NCBI GenBank assembly: GCA_964016885.1
Contig: OZ024740.1
Span: 411,680,001-411,744,000 of the forward strand
Length of the DNA: 64,000 bases
From: Eledone cirrhosa
Lineage: Eukaryota
Reading direction: 5' to 3'
A model generated the notes under the pieces. The model had not been told where the DNA came from. It was given only the letters and a program-made list of their open reading frames with translations, and ran no database searches. The position numbers and the translations under genes are program-made. Positions within the stretch are counted from its first letter, which is position 1. Each line of letters begins with the position of its first letter. Shown one piece after another: positions 28,158-39,799 of the stretch.

Positions 28158-28547
28158 TAAGTCAAACATGTTAAGTTTGGCTTTGTTTATTATAGAGTAA
28201 TCTGATATATATATTTCAGTGACAGCTATTATTGCTGTGACCACATCAGGCAATACGAATTAATGTAGAATAAACAGCTAAACATGGTGTTGAAATGTGT
28301 TCCACTCTGTCAATTCATCGATAAGCATATGATTCCAGTTCCTCGGACGTTTAACGTGTGTACCCAGGAGCTGGACATATCGAGGAATTGACAGAGTGGA
28401 ACACATTTCAACACCATGTTTACCTGTTTTGTCCACATTAATTCGCACTGCCTTATGAGGTCACATCCAATAATAGCTGTCACTGAAGTATATATAGCAG
28501 AGAATTATATTAAACGAAGCCAAATTTAAAATGTTTGACTTACTTAT
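28154..28547. repeat. Imperfect foldback (~170-bp arms); right arm related to ~2920-3100
   Basis: taagtaagtcaaacat...ctctgtcaattc vs gaattgacagag...atgtttgacttactta; extra short inverted copy at 28091-28115. Confidence 0.75.
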
Positions 28548-28923
28548 TTTACATGACTCCGGAGTAAACAAAGCAACCAGCGTACTTCGTCGAGTGCTCC
28601 AACCTGCATACTAGGTGTTGGTAGACAACCAACACATACTCAACATATATATATATATATATATATAAAATTTCAGGTTATCAATAATGTAGTGATAATA
28701 TATCGTTACGTTAGAGATGAACAGTGTACGTGCGGGTTTGCTCAACGAGTATAAATTATATTCCGGAGAAATGTAGAAAGGATGAATATAAAATGAAAGT
28801 GCTTTTGTTAAAAAAGGAATTTATTAGGTGTTGACATATGTTTCTGTAACAGACCGAATACCTATGTATCGCTGCTTGCGTAATCATATAATGTTAGCAA
28901 GTATTCGATAGCAAATGTATAAT

Positions 28924-28975
<52 letters not shown>

Positions 28976-29285
28976 CACAAGTATCAAAGTTATGTTCAAA
29001 TCATTTAATCGCTGACAATTGTTGCATCGGAACATTATCAATGTTTGTACATATAATTAACCTCCTCTTCAACTGAAGAATCATATAGATACATATATAT
29101 TGATGTTGTGAACGAACAGTTTAGTATATACAGGGTGTAATGAACATAACTTTGATACTTATGTATTTTATATTCCTGCTCTGTAAAACACCTGATGTTA
29201 TTACATTGAGCTATTTCTCTGACTGGTAATAAGGTAGTAATAAATTGCTGACCTTTCCTGTTTATGTATACATAACTATAAATAG

Positions 29286-29316
<31 letters not shown>

Positions 29317-29319
29317 TTA

Positions 29320-29562
<243 letters not shown>

Positions 29563-29741
29563 GTAGGAGGTGAGTTTTATTGTAGTACAATAAAGCAATG
29601 CAGATATCGGATAAGAAGCACTCTACAGTTTGTAGGACTGGAGTATACATAATATATAAGATCAAAATATGGTTAAAGGTGTTCCATGTATTTTATTATG
29701 CGCATTTCAAAAACAAACATCATCATGCAATAATATCTGAT

Positions 29742-29786
<45 letters not shown>

Positions 29787-29795
29787 TTAAATATA

Positions 29796-29918
<123 letters not shown>

Positions 29919-29944
29919 AATGAATAATGACAGGTAGACATCAT

Positions 29945-30863
29945 TTTACATACTAAAATTTTACATACTAAAATCCCAAAACAAACTACTTAACGATAGA
30001 ATTGAACGATCATTATACTGCAACCACAAACTAAAAGCTAAATTCTCTCACTATAAAATAACTTAACATTCGAACCCGTAACTACAACACCACTTTCTAG
30101 CTAACAACCTTCTCTTCTCCCCCACACTACAAGACAATACACTGCTTATCACTATACATGGTAACTCAGTACACTTCCTAGATTACTACTACAAAACCAA
30201 AAGTTCACTCACCACATATACTTTATCTGTCCCCTCTCTACCTATATATCTCTCTCTACATCCATTACACTCTCTCTCTCTCACCTTTGACCTACCTCCC
30301 TCTCAACATCTATGAACTTGACCTCTGGGGCAATAAATAATTCCGACCTCAACTATCTACGCATCTCTCCAAAAGTAACTAATAAAACCCCTACCATAAC
30401 ATTTTGATTAAGATATCTACAAGCCACTCTCTCCTACTTCTCCAACCCCTGCATATCTTTCCTTCTCTCTCCATCTTCCCTACTTTTCTCTCTTCCTGTT
30501 CCACTCTATCTTCCCCAACAACCCCACTTAAGGGTTTTTACATTGTATATTTACCATTCTGCTCTGAGGAAACAGTGGTCACAGCATTGGATATTCGAGT
30601 TCTGCAAATACTTGTGAATTTGCACGTAGCGGAACTAGGCTGCAGTACCACCGTGGAAACACTTGTAAGCACACGGAATAAACTACCTTTTTATGATGTC
30701 TACCTGTCATTATTCATTCTTTATATACACTCCGGAATACTGAAGGATCAGGAACTAAGTTTCTTGAACAATTCTTCCATAACTCGTAGAGTAACCTCTT
30801 ACCGTACGTCAACCATATCCAGTGTAGTAATTAACCATCACTGCATCTTGGATAATCCTATAC

Positions 30864-30868
<5 letters not shown>
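29945..30868 (+). mobile_element. 5'-truncated PLE: ORF end + pLTR + tail
   Basis: [18 protein letters not shown]-terminus, then HHR and AATAAA; the tail ends in ...NPIPN, resembling the ORF start (KNIPTP / KDIPIP) of PLE-C and PLE-B. Confidence 0.7.
30560..30671 (+). ncRNA. Type I HHR with a long stem II insertion
   Basis: UGCU-CUGAGGA-aacaguggu...accaccgug-GAAAC-ACUU-GUA-AGCA, AAUAAA at 30677. Confidence 0.75.
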
Positions 30869-30951
<83 letters not shown>

Positions 30952-30957
30952 TATATT

Positions 30958-30991
<34 letters not shown>

Positions 30992-31369
30992 ATCAGATAT
31001 TATTGCATGATGATGTTTGTTTTTGAAATGCGCATAATAAAATACATGGAACACCTTTAACCATATTTTGATCTTATATATTATGTATACTCCAGTCCTA
31101 CAAACTGTAGAGTGCTTCTTATCCGATATCTGCATTGCTTTATTGTACTACATTATTGTACTACTACTATATTTATATATATAAGATCAAAAGATGGTTA
31201 AAAGAGTTCCATGTATTTTATTATGCATGCATTAACATTTGCGTTTTCGTCAGATATAATAGGGAGACATGATATGAAGGTTAAAACACATTTGTGAATA
31301 GTGAAGTTTTAAAATACTTATCCGGTATCTGCATTGCTTTATTGTACTACAATAAAACTCACCTCCTAC

Positions 31370-31459
<90 letters not shown>

Positions 31460-31566
31460 CATATATGTATACATATATATATATATACATCTATGTATAT
31501 ATATATATATATATAATTATTCAGTTGATATATATATATATATACATAAATGTATATACATAGATG

Positions 31567-31624
<58 letters not shown>

Positions 31625-32574
31625 TATATATATGTGTGTGTGTGAGTGTGTGTGTGCTCGCGCGCGTGTGCGTATATGCGTGTGTCTAGTATATATATAT
31701 ATGTTTCTTCAAATATAGAAAGGAAAATTTAGTTTTTAAATCATTTTAAATTCTTTACATTATACATAAAATTGCTTTAAACGAACATACCTGTAATTCG
31801 TATAAACGATATAAGTAATTTAAATATATATACCATTTAAGTCGATACAAAAACCTTAGAAGTACCAAAAATTGAGTTTACCAAAAATTGATTCCTACCT
31901 TACAAGGAATTAGCAACATCAACTGTTTCTGTGTCTCCACTTTAAATATTTATATCTTAATTTTATCATAACGTATAACGTATAGGTCACTGTCAGAGGG
32001 ATTGGTATTATTTGCATTTAAAAACTATTACACGCTGCTTTAATTTAATATTATTTTTAGAATCCGTATGGGGAATGTGCGTTACACATAATATAAATGG
32101 TATATATTAGAATTGTTTAAATCGCTTTTATGAATTAGACACAACATCAATTTAGTAATTCTATGTAAAATGCAGAATTTCATAATGCCATTAAAACATC
32201 AGTGAAGAATTAAAAATGATTTAGAAACTAATTTTTCCATTTATATATTTGATTATATTTGCTTTCCTTCCATCTTTTTCTCCTTTCTCTTTAGACTATA
32301 ATACAAACACATTGAACTATAACTAAACTGTTAAACTGTCTGGCACCTATAACTCCACACATGAAACTGGGTCATATATGTACTTTTTCCTTTGCTATAT
32401 ATATCTCTTTTTTTCTGTGATATATATATATATATATATGTGTGTGTGTTTCTAATGGTAGCTAAGATGCTTCCATAGACGGTATGCCGGTTGAGCACTC
32501 TATGCTCTTACAGAGCAGAGTATGATAGAATAGAAAACGAAAAATCAGTGATGTATCTGAACTCAATTCATTGT

Positions 32575-32637
32575 GTGTTACAATCGTTTCGCCGGCGGAC
32601 AGCTCGAGACGCGATCATTGTGTGGTTCAACGGACAC
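32575..32637 (-). ncRNA. HHR-like motif with variant core CCGUUGA
   Basis: GUGU-CCGUUGA-acc...ggc-GAAAC-GAUU-GUA-ACAC. Confidence 0.6.
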
Positions 32638-33130
32638 GTGTAATGATTTCGGAGCATGAGAGAATAAAATATATATATATATATATATTCAGGTTTGAGG
32701 TTCACCACTGTATAGAGCTGGTCTATTCCGTATGGTCAATCGTAATGCAATAATATAGAGAGTACTCAACGTAAGGCAGTTCAACCGTCTTTGTTTTTGT
32801 AGTTGGTGGTGCTATTACGGAGTTAAATATTATAATGAAATGACAGGAGGGTGGATTTGTGTAAATCCTTGAAAGGTTTATTATACTATGATCATTTCAA
32901 TGACCGGGTTCCGTATAAATCCGGTGATATCATCAAGTATTCGAAATATAATACGTAAATGTAATAGACAAAATCCATGGGGCTGAAAATGGAGGACCCG
33001 AGGGCGACCGCTATTCTGTTCCTTCAACCTCAGCCGGTCGCCCTCGATATATATGTATATATATATACATATACAAGAATGGTGTGAAATGGACAGGAGT
33101 GCAGAGGTGTATGGTTTCCTACCCCAGCAC

Positions 33131-33239
<109 letters not shown>

Positions 33240-34142
33240 GTAATAATAAACTAAAACTAAAACTAAAATCCAAAGAGGACTCGATAAGGATAAATATATA
33301 TCAAATATATAAGAACCTTAGAGCAAATATTTATTAAAATAACTGATCAAAGTTTAAGCAAAGAATCGCTGCTGTCACACTTAACGGGACCTTCAGAAGA
33401 TCCCGTTAAGGGTGAAAGCAGAACTGAGAACTGAAGCTGATATATGATTTGTTGACGATTCGGTAAATTAATGAAATATTATAACTTCTTTTTTTACTTT
33501 TAAACATGGGAAATTGTATCTATACAACATCCTTACGACATAAACATGATATATAATTTATCTTATCTGTTATGTTATATTCCTGTGCATGCATTTAATT
33601 ATGTTCGTTTATACATTTATATACATTTATATACATTGATATATACTTACGCAGACATAGTGAAAATAGTGTCAATGTTATGGATATCCAAAACTCCATT
33701 TCAGTAAATGTGCGTGCCTCGTGTCATGGTAACCAATTTGGAAGCTCTAATTTCTGAGATGCCGCGGCCATATACCTGCGTGTATATAAAGTGAAAAGAA
33801 TGTATTCGTCACATTGAAACATACATTTCATTTTATTAGAGATTGTTGTTTAATGTAAAATCTAATTCTAATTAATATGAACAATTAAAAATTTATATTT
33901 GTTAAATTATTATATTAATAATCCTCGTTTAAAGCACGAGATACCTAATGTCAAAATCATATCTCTGCAGGTAACATTGCATTACTTAACACATTTCACA
34001 TTTCTCTACGGAGTGTAAGGCCGAGAATGAAAGGAATCTGTTATTTAATACAAAATCTTTGTAGCTGCAAGAAGGAGAAATCTATAATTGCAATGGATTT
34101 ATGCACTATTTGATTCAGATACATAAACATTTCATGTGTGAT

Positions 34143-34443
34143 GCCAGGTGGCTCAGTGGTTATAGCACTCGCTATATCATCGTAATGTTGTTAATTCAAT
34201 TCCGGTGGTGCGTTATATCATTTCGGAAGGTGCTTTAGTTCAGGTTTCTTCAGTACACCCTGTTGACAAACATGATTTGTTTCAGCAATTCAAAGGCAAT
34301 AATTTTATATTTGGTGTTACACTCAATATCTCTAAGAATTGAGTTAAGAACACATATTTTTTAATGCTGAGCTATTTGCGAATTAATTTCAGGCGCAATA
34401 TGTTCCTTAGAAGAATTGTATGACTCATCACTCGCCAGAAACA
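34143..34443 (+). mobile_element. Degenerate tRNA-derived SINE
   Basis: A box GTGGCTCAGTGG and a decayed B box (ttcaattcc); the body resembles a common octopus SINE (from memory). Confidence 0.6.
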
Positions 34444-34938
34444 GTCGAACAGACAACAGAAATGTTATGAGCACAAAGCAACTCCGGTAAAGATATGATT
34501 AGGCGTTTACGTTTGATGATTTCAAATTTGTTATAATTACGGCGAGGTACCGCCATATTTTCAATGATAAAATTGGCAAAAGAATAATTTCAAGTCAATA
34601 ATAATTAAATGCCGACATGTTTGGTTTTGAATAAATACGGGAATTAATCAAAATACATTGAATGTCAGAAAATATTTGATAATGGTTGTTTCTGAAAGAA
34701 CGCGCTGGAAGGAATTTTTGAAGATTTTGTGCCCATGACCCTCTCCAGCAATACATGAAAAAAAAAAAAAAGAAGAAGAAGAAGAAGAAGAAGAAAAAGA
34801 AGAAGAAGAAGAAGAATACCATCGTAGTGAAGAAATAGTGTAGAGAGCCAATTTTAATATTTTAATATTATTGGGCGCACCGAAAACGATAAAGAAAGTA
34901 TATACTTTCAGACATTCAACCATCTGGCAGGAAGGTAT

Positions 34939-34981
34939 ACGATGCTGACGATAGCTAATAAGCTTGAAACTAGTACACCGT
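34939..34981 (+). ncRNA. Minimal type I HHR (copy 1)
   Basis: acgaug-CUGACGA-uAGCUaauaAGCUu-GAAAC-UA-GUA-caccgu. Confidence 0.8.
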
Positions 34982-35384
34982 TCCAGTGTCAGTCTTGAAC
35001 AAAAAGATGACGTGGTTGCCTAAACACTGTACGGCGTAATCCGACATGTTTGTTTGTTTACAAACAAACAAACCGAGCATTATAATAAGTGTTCGGTAAA
35101 CCGATACGTGCATATATATATGTGTACATGTGTGTATATATATTCATACTACTGTACGTCTGTATACATATATGTATGTACGTATACATACATACATACT
35201 TACATTTAAGTAAGTGCCGTACTAAGAGTGAGAAAGGAAATTTCGTTTCATTCTATTCCATTTATCGTTTTCGGTGCGCCCAGCCGACTGAACTCACTCG
35301 ATATGCAAATTAGGCTGCTCAGCCGTTAATATGGATAAGGAAAGTATATACTTTCAGACGTTCAACCATCTGGCAGGAAGGTAT

Positions 35385-35427
35385 ACGATGCTGACGATAG
35401 CTAATAAGCTTGAAACTAGTACATCGT
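35385..35427 (+). ncRNA. Minimal type I HHR (copy 2)
   Basis: ACGAUG-CUGACGA-uAGCUaauaAGCUu-GAAAC-UA-GUA-CAUCGU; perfect 6-bp stem I, palindromic ACUAGU stem III. Confidence 0.85.
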
Positions 35428-35729
35428 TCCTGTGTCAGTGTTGAACAAAAAGGTGACGTGGTTGCCTAAACACTGTACGGCGTAATCCGGGCTGTTTGTT
35501 TGTTTACAAACAAACAAACCGAGCATTATAATAAATGTTCGGTAACTCGATACGTGCATATATATATACTTGCAGTCATGCATTTGTGAATCTGGGTCAA
35601 GTATAGACATGACAAACGGAGTTGAAAAAATACAAATTGAAGTAAATGAGATTTTCGACGTGTCGGGCATAACATATTCTTGAGGAAATGGAGATTTGCG
35701 AGAGGGGGAGAAAGGTTGCAAAATATACT

Positions 35730-36087
35730 TTTTAAGAGGACTGGAGAGGATAGCCGAGTAATCCGGCGCGCGGAGGTGGGTGCCTCGATGGAGAGTCCAG
35801 TTGTATTAACGTTGCTCTTCTGTATGTGCAGATGTAATGCATTTCGTAGGTGTGTATTATTGGTACTGTGTGTGAGGTGTTGGGTATCAAAAACATTCAC
35901 AAAAGCAGACAAACACACCTCCATCAAAGAAACCCAACACCTCACACACAGTACCAATAATACACACCTACGAAATGTATTACATCTGCACATACAGAAG
36001 AGCAACGTTAATACAACTGGACTCTCCATCGAGGCACCCACCTCCGCGCGCCGGATTACTCGGCTATCCTCTCCAGTCTTCTTAAAA
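35730..36087. repeat. 156-bp inverted repeat, 46-nt spacer, 2 mismatches
   Basis: Arms 35730-35885 and 35932-36087. Confidence 0.95.
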
Positions 36088-36321
36088 CGTACACACACAC
36101 ACAAACACACATATATATACATATATATACGGGACAACAGTCACAATCTGTTCATAAATAGCTGTCGATACGGTCGGAGCTCAGCCGTCGGGGTCCTGAC
36201 TCTTTACCTAATACCCGCCCTACTACCCATGGTATCGAGTACTCTGATGCGTTTTGGTCCTTACCTCACGTCTTTCGTTATATATATAATGTATATAGAT
36301 AATTATATCTATATGTGTGTG

Positions 36322-36404
<83 letters not shown>

Positions 36405-36609
36405 ACCCACACACATATAGATATAATTATCTATATCCATTCTCCATTTCCCCCATATATTTCTGGAAGCCACGCCTTCCTGAGTACTGTATCGCAAGCA
36501 ACAATTTACAAATATAATGACTCCAAACATATGTCTGAGCTGCTTAGCACATGGATGTTATCAAACCATCAGGCTCACGGTCTACATCAATACTTCCTGC
36601 TGAGAAGAC

Positions 36610-36815
36610 TTCGAAGAAGTAGCGGCTGTGCCTGGAGTTATTGACTGATATTATCTCCGAGCTACGCACCCTATCTTCTAATATTATTCCAAGGACCCAT
36701 CGAAGGAACCCTGTTTCTGCCACTTATACTCGATGGATATATATTACAAGATATGTTGTGTAGCTCGGAGATAAGATCCATCAGTAACTCCAGGTGCAAC
36801 CGTTACTTCTCCGAA
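36610..36815. repeat. Imperfect foldback (~75-bp arms)
   Basis: gaagtagcggctgtgcctggagttattga...ttatctccgagctac vs gtagctcggagataa...tcagtaactccaggtgcaaccgttacttc. Confidence 0.75.
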
Positions 36816-36856
36816 TCGAGAGAACCCAGTTCCGATACTACACGCACACACACACA

Positions 36857-37200
36857 TCACAGTTTGTCGTTCTTTAATTCGATTCTATAGAGCAGGTTGT
36901 ATTTGTTGTGAGAGTTGATATCGTATTATAATATTTGTAATATTTTTGATATTTTTGGTGTTTCTCTCCACACGGCCTTGTAATCTTTGTATGTAAATTA
37001 CCATGCTATATTATTATAATGGATGTCAACCCACTGTGGGTCAATATATACATATGTTTCTATATGTCTCTTGTGTTGAAAAGGAGGTCAAGTATGTTAA
37101 AAATCACTGAATAACTGCTCCGAAGACTCCAAACCTCGGTTTGGAAGAAACAATTGTAAGCAAATAAATGATTTAAACAGAACTTTGATTCATGTAATCT
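36857..37200 (+). mobile_element. Family delta PLE 3' end, copy 2, with an inverted 5' piece
   Basis: 36980-37200 is the reverse complement of 13408-13630; 36857-36930 is in the opposite relative orientation. Confidence 0.75.
37116..37162 (+). ncRNA. Minimal type I HHR with core CCGAAGA
   Basis: UGCU-CCGAAGA-cUCCAAAC-cucg-GUUUGGAa-GAAAC-AAUU-GUA-AGCA, then AAUAAA. Confidence 0.8.
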
Positions 37201-37367
37201 CTCTCTATATATATATACAAAACAACTCACAGATGAATTTACAATTTTTATATTTTTATGAAATGCTACATCGCACAGAGCAAAGATTCAGAGAGCTTTT
37301 AAAATATCACTTTATTTTATCGATACAGGATGTACATTCTATCAATCATTCGGTATTATATTTTCAA

Positions 37368-37562
37368 GGGCGGTGAATTGGCAGTATCGGTAGCGGGTTG
37401 GACGCCATGCTTTGCCACAAAGAGTTACGGCCCTTTACGGTCTGAGCTCAAATCCTGTCGAGGTTAACTTTGCTTTACATCCTTACGGGGTGGGTCGATA
37501 GAATAAAGTACCAGTAATGTACTGGTATTTGCTGTCCTTATGCCAAAAGTAGAAACAATTAT
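37368..37562 (+). mobile_element. tRNA-derived SINE (octopus-type), homologous to 20871-21048
   Basis: ggcggtgaattggcagtatcggtag (A box region), ctgagctcaaatcc (B box), aactttgctttacatccttacgggg. Confidence 0.8.
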
Positions 37563-38503
37563 ATTTTCTCTCATCGTGTAATACTCGAAGACAATCCATT
37601 CATTTAAGAAATCCCTACCGTACGAAGAAATAAGTCCATAAAATTAACGATAAATCTATAAAAGTGCATGGAGAGAACAACAGTGTTAACATCATTAATT
37701 AACTTTAAAGTTAGGCAAACCTAACACGTTCTCTGAGAGTTATTTTGATCTGAATTCCTTACAAACTCTCATCTATGAAATTAATAATTCTTTCAAGTTT
37801 GCTCCTTGGATGAATGCGCCGTTGCACACTGCTGCAAATACATCGGTTTGTTAAATCTATCATATTTACGACACAGAATAATAGTTGGCAAATATAGAAA
37901 TAACTCAATCAAGTGATGCATCATGATATTCTAATTAAGTCAGTAACATATCGCAAAATTATTTCGGTATTTTAAACAATTTTAACAATTTCCACCGTTG
38001 TTGTTGTTTATACAGTAAATTTGACTCCTTCTCAATTTTGATTTAGCGAAAGTCGATTTAATGAAAATCTGATTGCCCTTCTCTTTGTTCTGAATGGAAG
38101 CGATATATCCGATATATATTGTTGCCGAATGGCAAATTTTAATTAGATTTTCATGCTACAGTATTTTAATGAACTACAGCTATGTTAAACAACTCAAGGT
38201 AAAGACTGTATTTTAAATTTAGTAATTTCAACATTGACTAACTTTGTGGATTGCATCATTGATTAAAATTAAATAAATAACAGTTAAATCTTTTTATGAA
38301 ACGTTTGAAACTTCTGTTAAAAATGAAGGGTGTATTTACAAAAAAGAAAAAAATGTTTAGACAAGAATGGAGAAATCACAACCTATGCGTATGGGTTATT
38401 TTAATTTCTGCATTCTACCACAGTGCAATCGTTATTATACATATATATATATATTCAAACATGCATATACACACATGCACTCCCACACACACATATATAT
38501 ATA

Positions 38504-39797
38504 CAGGGCGTTCGGACTAAATTTTACATTTTTTTAAAGGTATAAAAGTGAATATCTCAGCCAAAAATAAATTTACTATTTACTTGAAAAATAGAAAGTG
38601 GCATAAAGACAATCAAAATTGGGCATTCACTGAAAGAAGCTATCCACGGCATGCACCACGACCTCGATCCAGCTCCTGAATCGGCACATGCGGCCTTCAC
38701 AGTGTCCGTGAAAAGAGCCTCAAACGCCTCCTTAGACCTGTCGATCAGCTGGGTGTTGGTATTACAGGCAGTATGGATGATGCCTTTTTCAACCGCGCCC
38801 CACATATAATAATCCATAGGATTGCAATGAGGCGAGTTAGGGATGCAAAGGTTACAGCAGATGAAGTCGGAAAAATTCTCTGACAACCACTTCTGTGTTT
38901 ACCCAGACGTGTGGCAGGGATCTGAAACTTGCTGCCACACGTATAGTCTTCCTGAAGACCACCCCAAACCAAAGCATAATCACGCTAATCAGCAACTCCA
39001 CATAACCAGCCGAATCGAGCTTGAGACCCTGTTCAAAGATGTGAGGTGGCATGACGTCACTCTCACTGGAGACCTATCCCAACCCAAACCTATTACAGTT
39101 TGAGGAAACGTGGTCTTCATGGTATGAGGAACGTCATATGGATTGTAGACAAGTCATCTGCTGTTCTGGGTTTTGTGCTCATGATCCTGACAAACATCCT
39201 TTCAACAGAGAAGCACCAAATTGTCCCTGGTTCATAAAGATGTTTCACTTTGCTGAGGAGCTTCTCTGTTTTATCAGACGGTTTTCTCAAGACACTTCTC
39301 TCAGACAATGGCCTTTAAACCTCTTGTATGAATGGTAACAGAGGCCCTCATTCAATGCCAGCTTCATAGTGGAAGCTGCAACACCCATTTCCCGTACTAA
39401 AGCTCGGATTCCCATGCATGGGCTTCCATAATTTTCTCCTGCAGTTGTTGGATACAGTCAGGTGTACGGAGGCAAACAGAACGCCTGCTGTGTTCTTTCC
39501 TACAAGCCACGGACTTGTAGTCTCTGGTGCAGCTCTTCCTATGGAATGTTATTGCTTTCACAGTGTTCAAAGAGCATTGAGCGGCTGTCATAATTGCGGA
39601 ATTTTGATGCCTGGCACTAATCATCATGATTCAGGTTTCCCTTTTCCATTATTTAGGTGGTTTCAATTTGTCCATTTCGGTTAATTTTGACATTTTAAAA
39701 AGCTGTAGTGATTAAGTTCCTCAATATTCACAGGTACAAGTGTATACCAGAAAAAAAAAAAGAATTAGACTTTATCAAATTTATACCGAGGACCCTG
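38504..39797 (-). mobile_element. Degenerate Tc1/mariner-superfamily DD37D (maT) transposon
   Basis: TA-flanked imperfect TIRs cagggcgttcggactaaattt / aaatttataccgaggaccctg; transposase remnant WQQ(D>V)SDPCH...PNSPHCNPMDYY with 37 residues between the last two catalytic positions. Confidence 0.85.
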
Positions 39798-39799
39798 TA

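Larger units (their letters stand above)
34872..35567 (+). mobile_element. Retrozyme-like element: two HHR-containing ~233-bp direct repeats, 446-nt period
   Basis: Repeats 34888-35120 and 35335-35567; 22-nt inverted 5' piece (34872-34893 = reverse complement of 35261-35282); no recognisable coding ORF. Confidence 0.85.

Noticed and set aside
28826-28863. Minus-strand GAAAC-ATAT-GTC with stem I and AATAAA
   Set aside because: The 5' core is reduced to CGGTC. Probably a decayed HHR (possibly of the CCGUCGA type), but not supportable as intact.
29068-29113. ttcaa-CTGAAGA-atca...tgat-g-ttgtgaa
   Set aside because: The GAAAC...NUH half is missing; at most a deleted HHR.
30998-31256. Partial HHRs (ATGATGA...GAAAT-GCGC-ATA at ~31008-31036; CTGACGA on the minus strand at ~31247-31253)
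   Set aside because: Each copy lacks part of the core; only a composite of the two resembles an HHR.
31709-32252. ~50-bp imperfect AT-rich inverted repeat
   Set aside because: Low complexity and no TSD; cannot be classified.
35526-36420. 203-aa and 246-aa ORFs on opposite strands with shared peptides
   Set aside because: An artefact of the 156-bp inverted repeat plus microsatellite.
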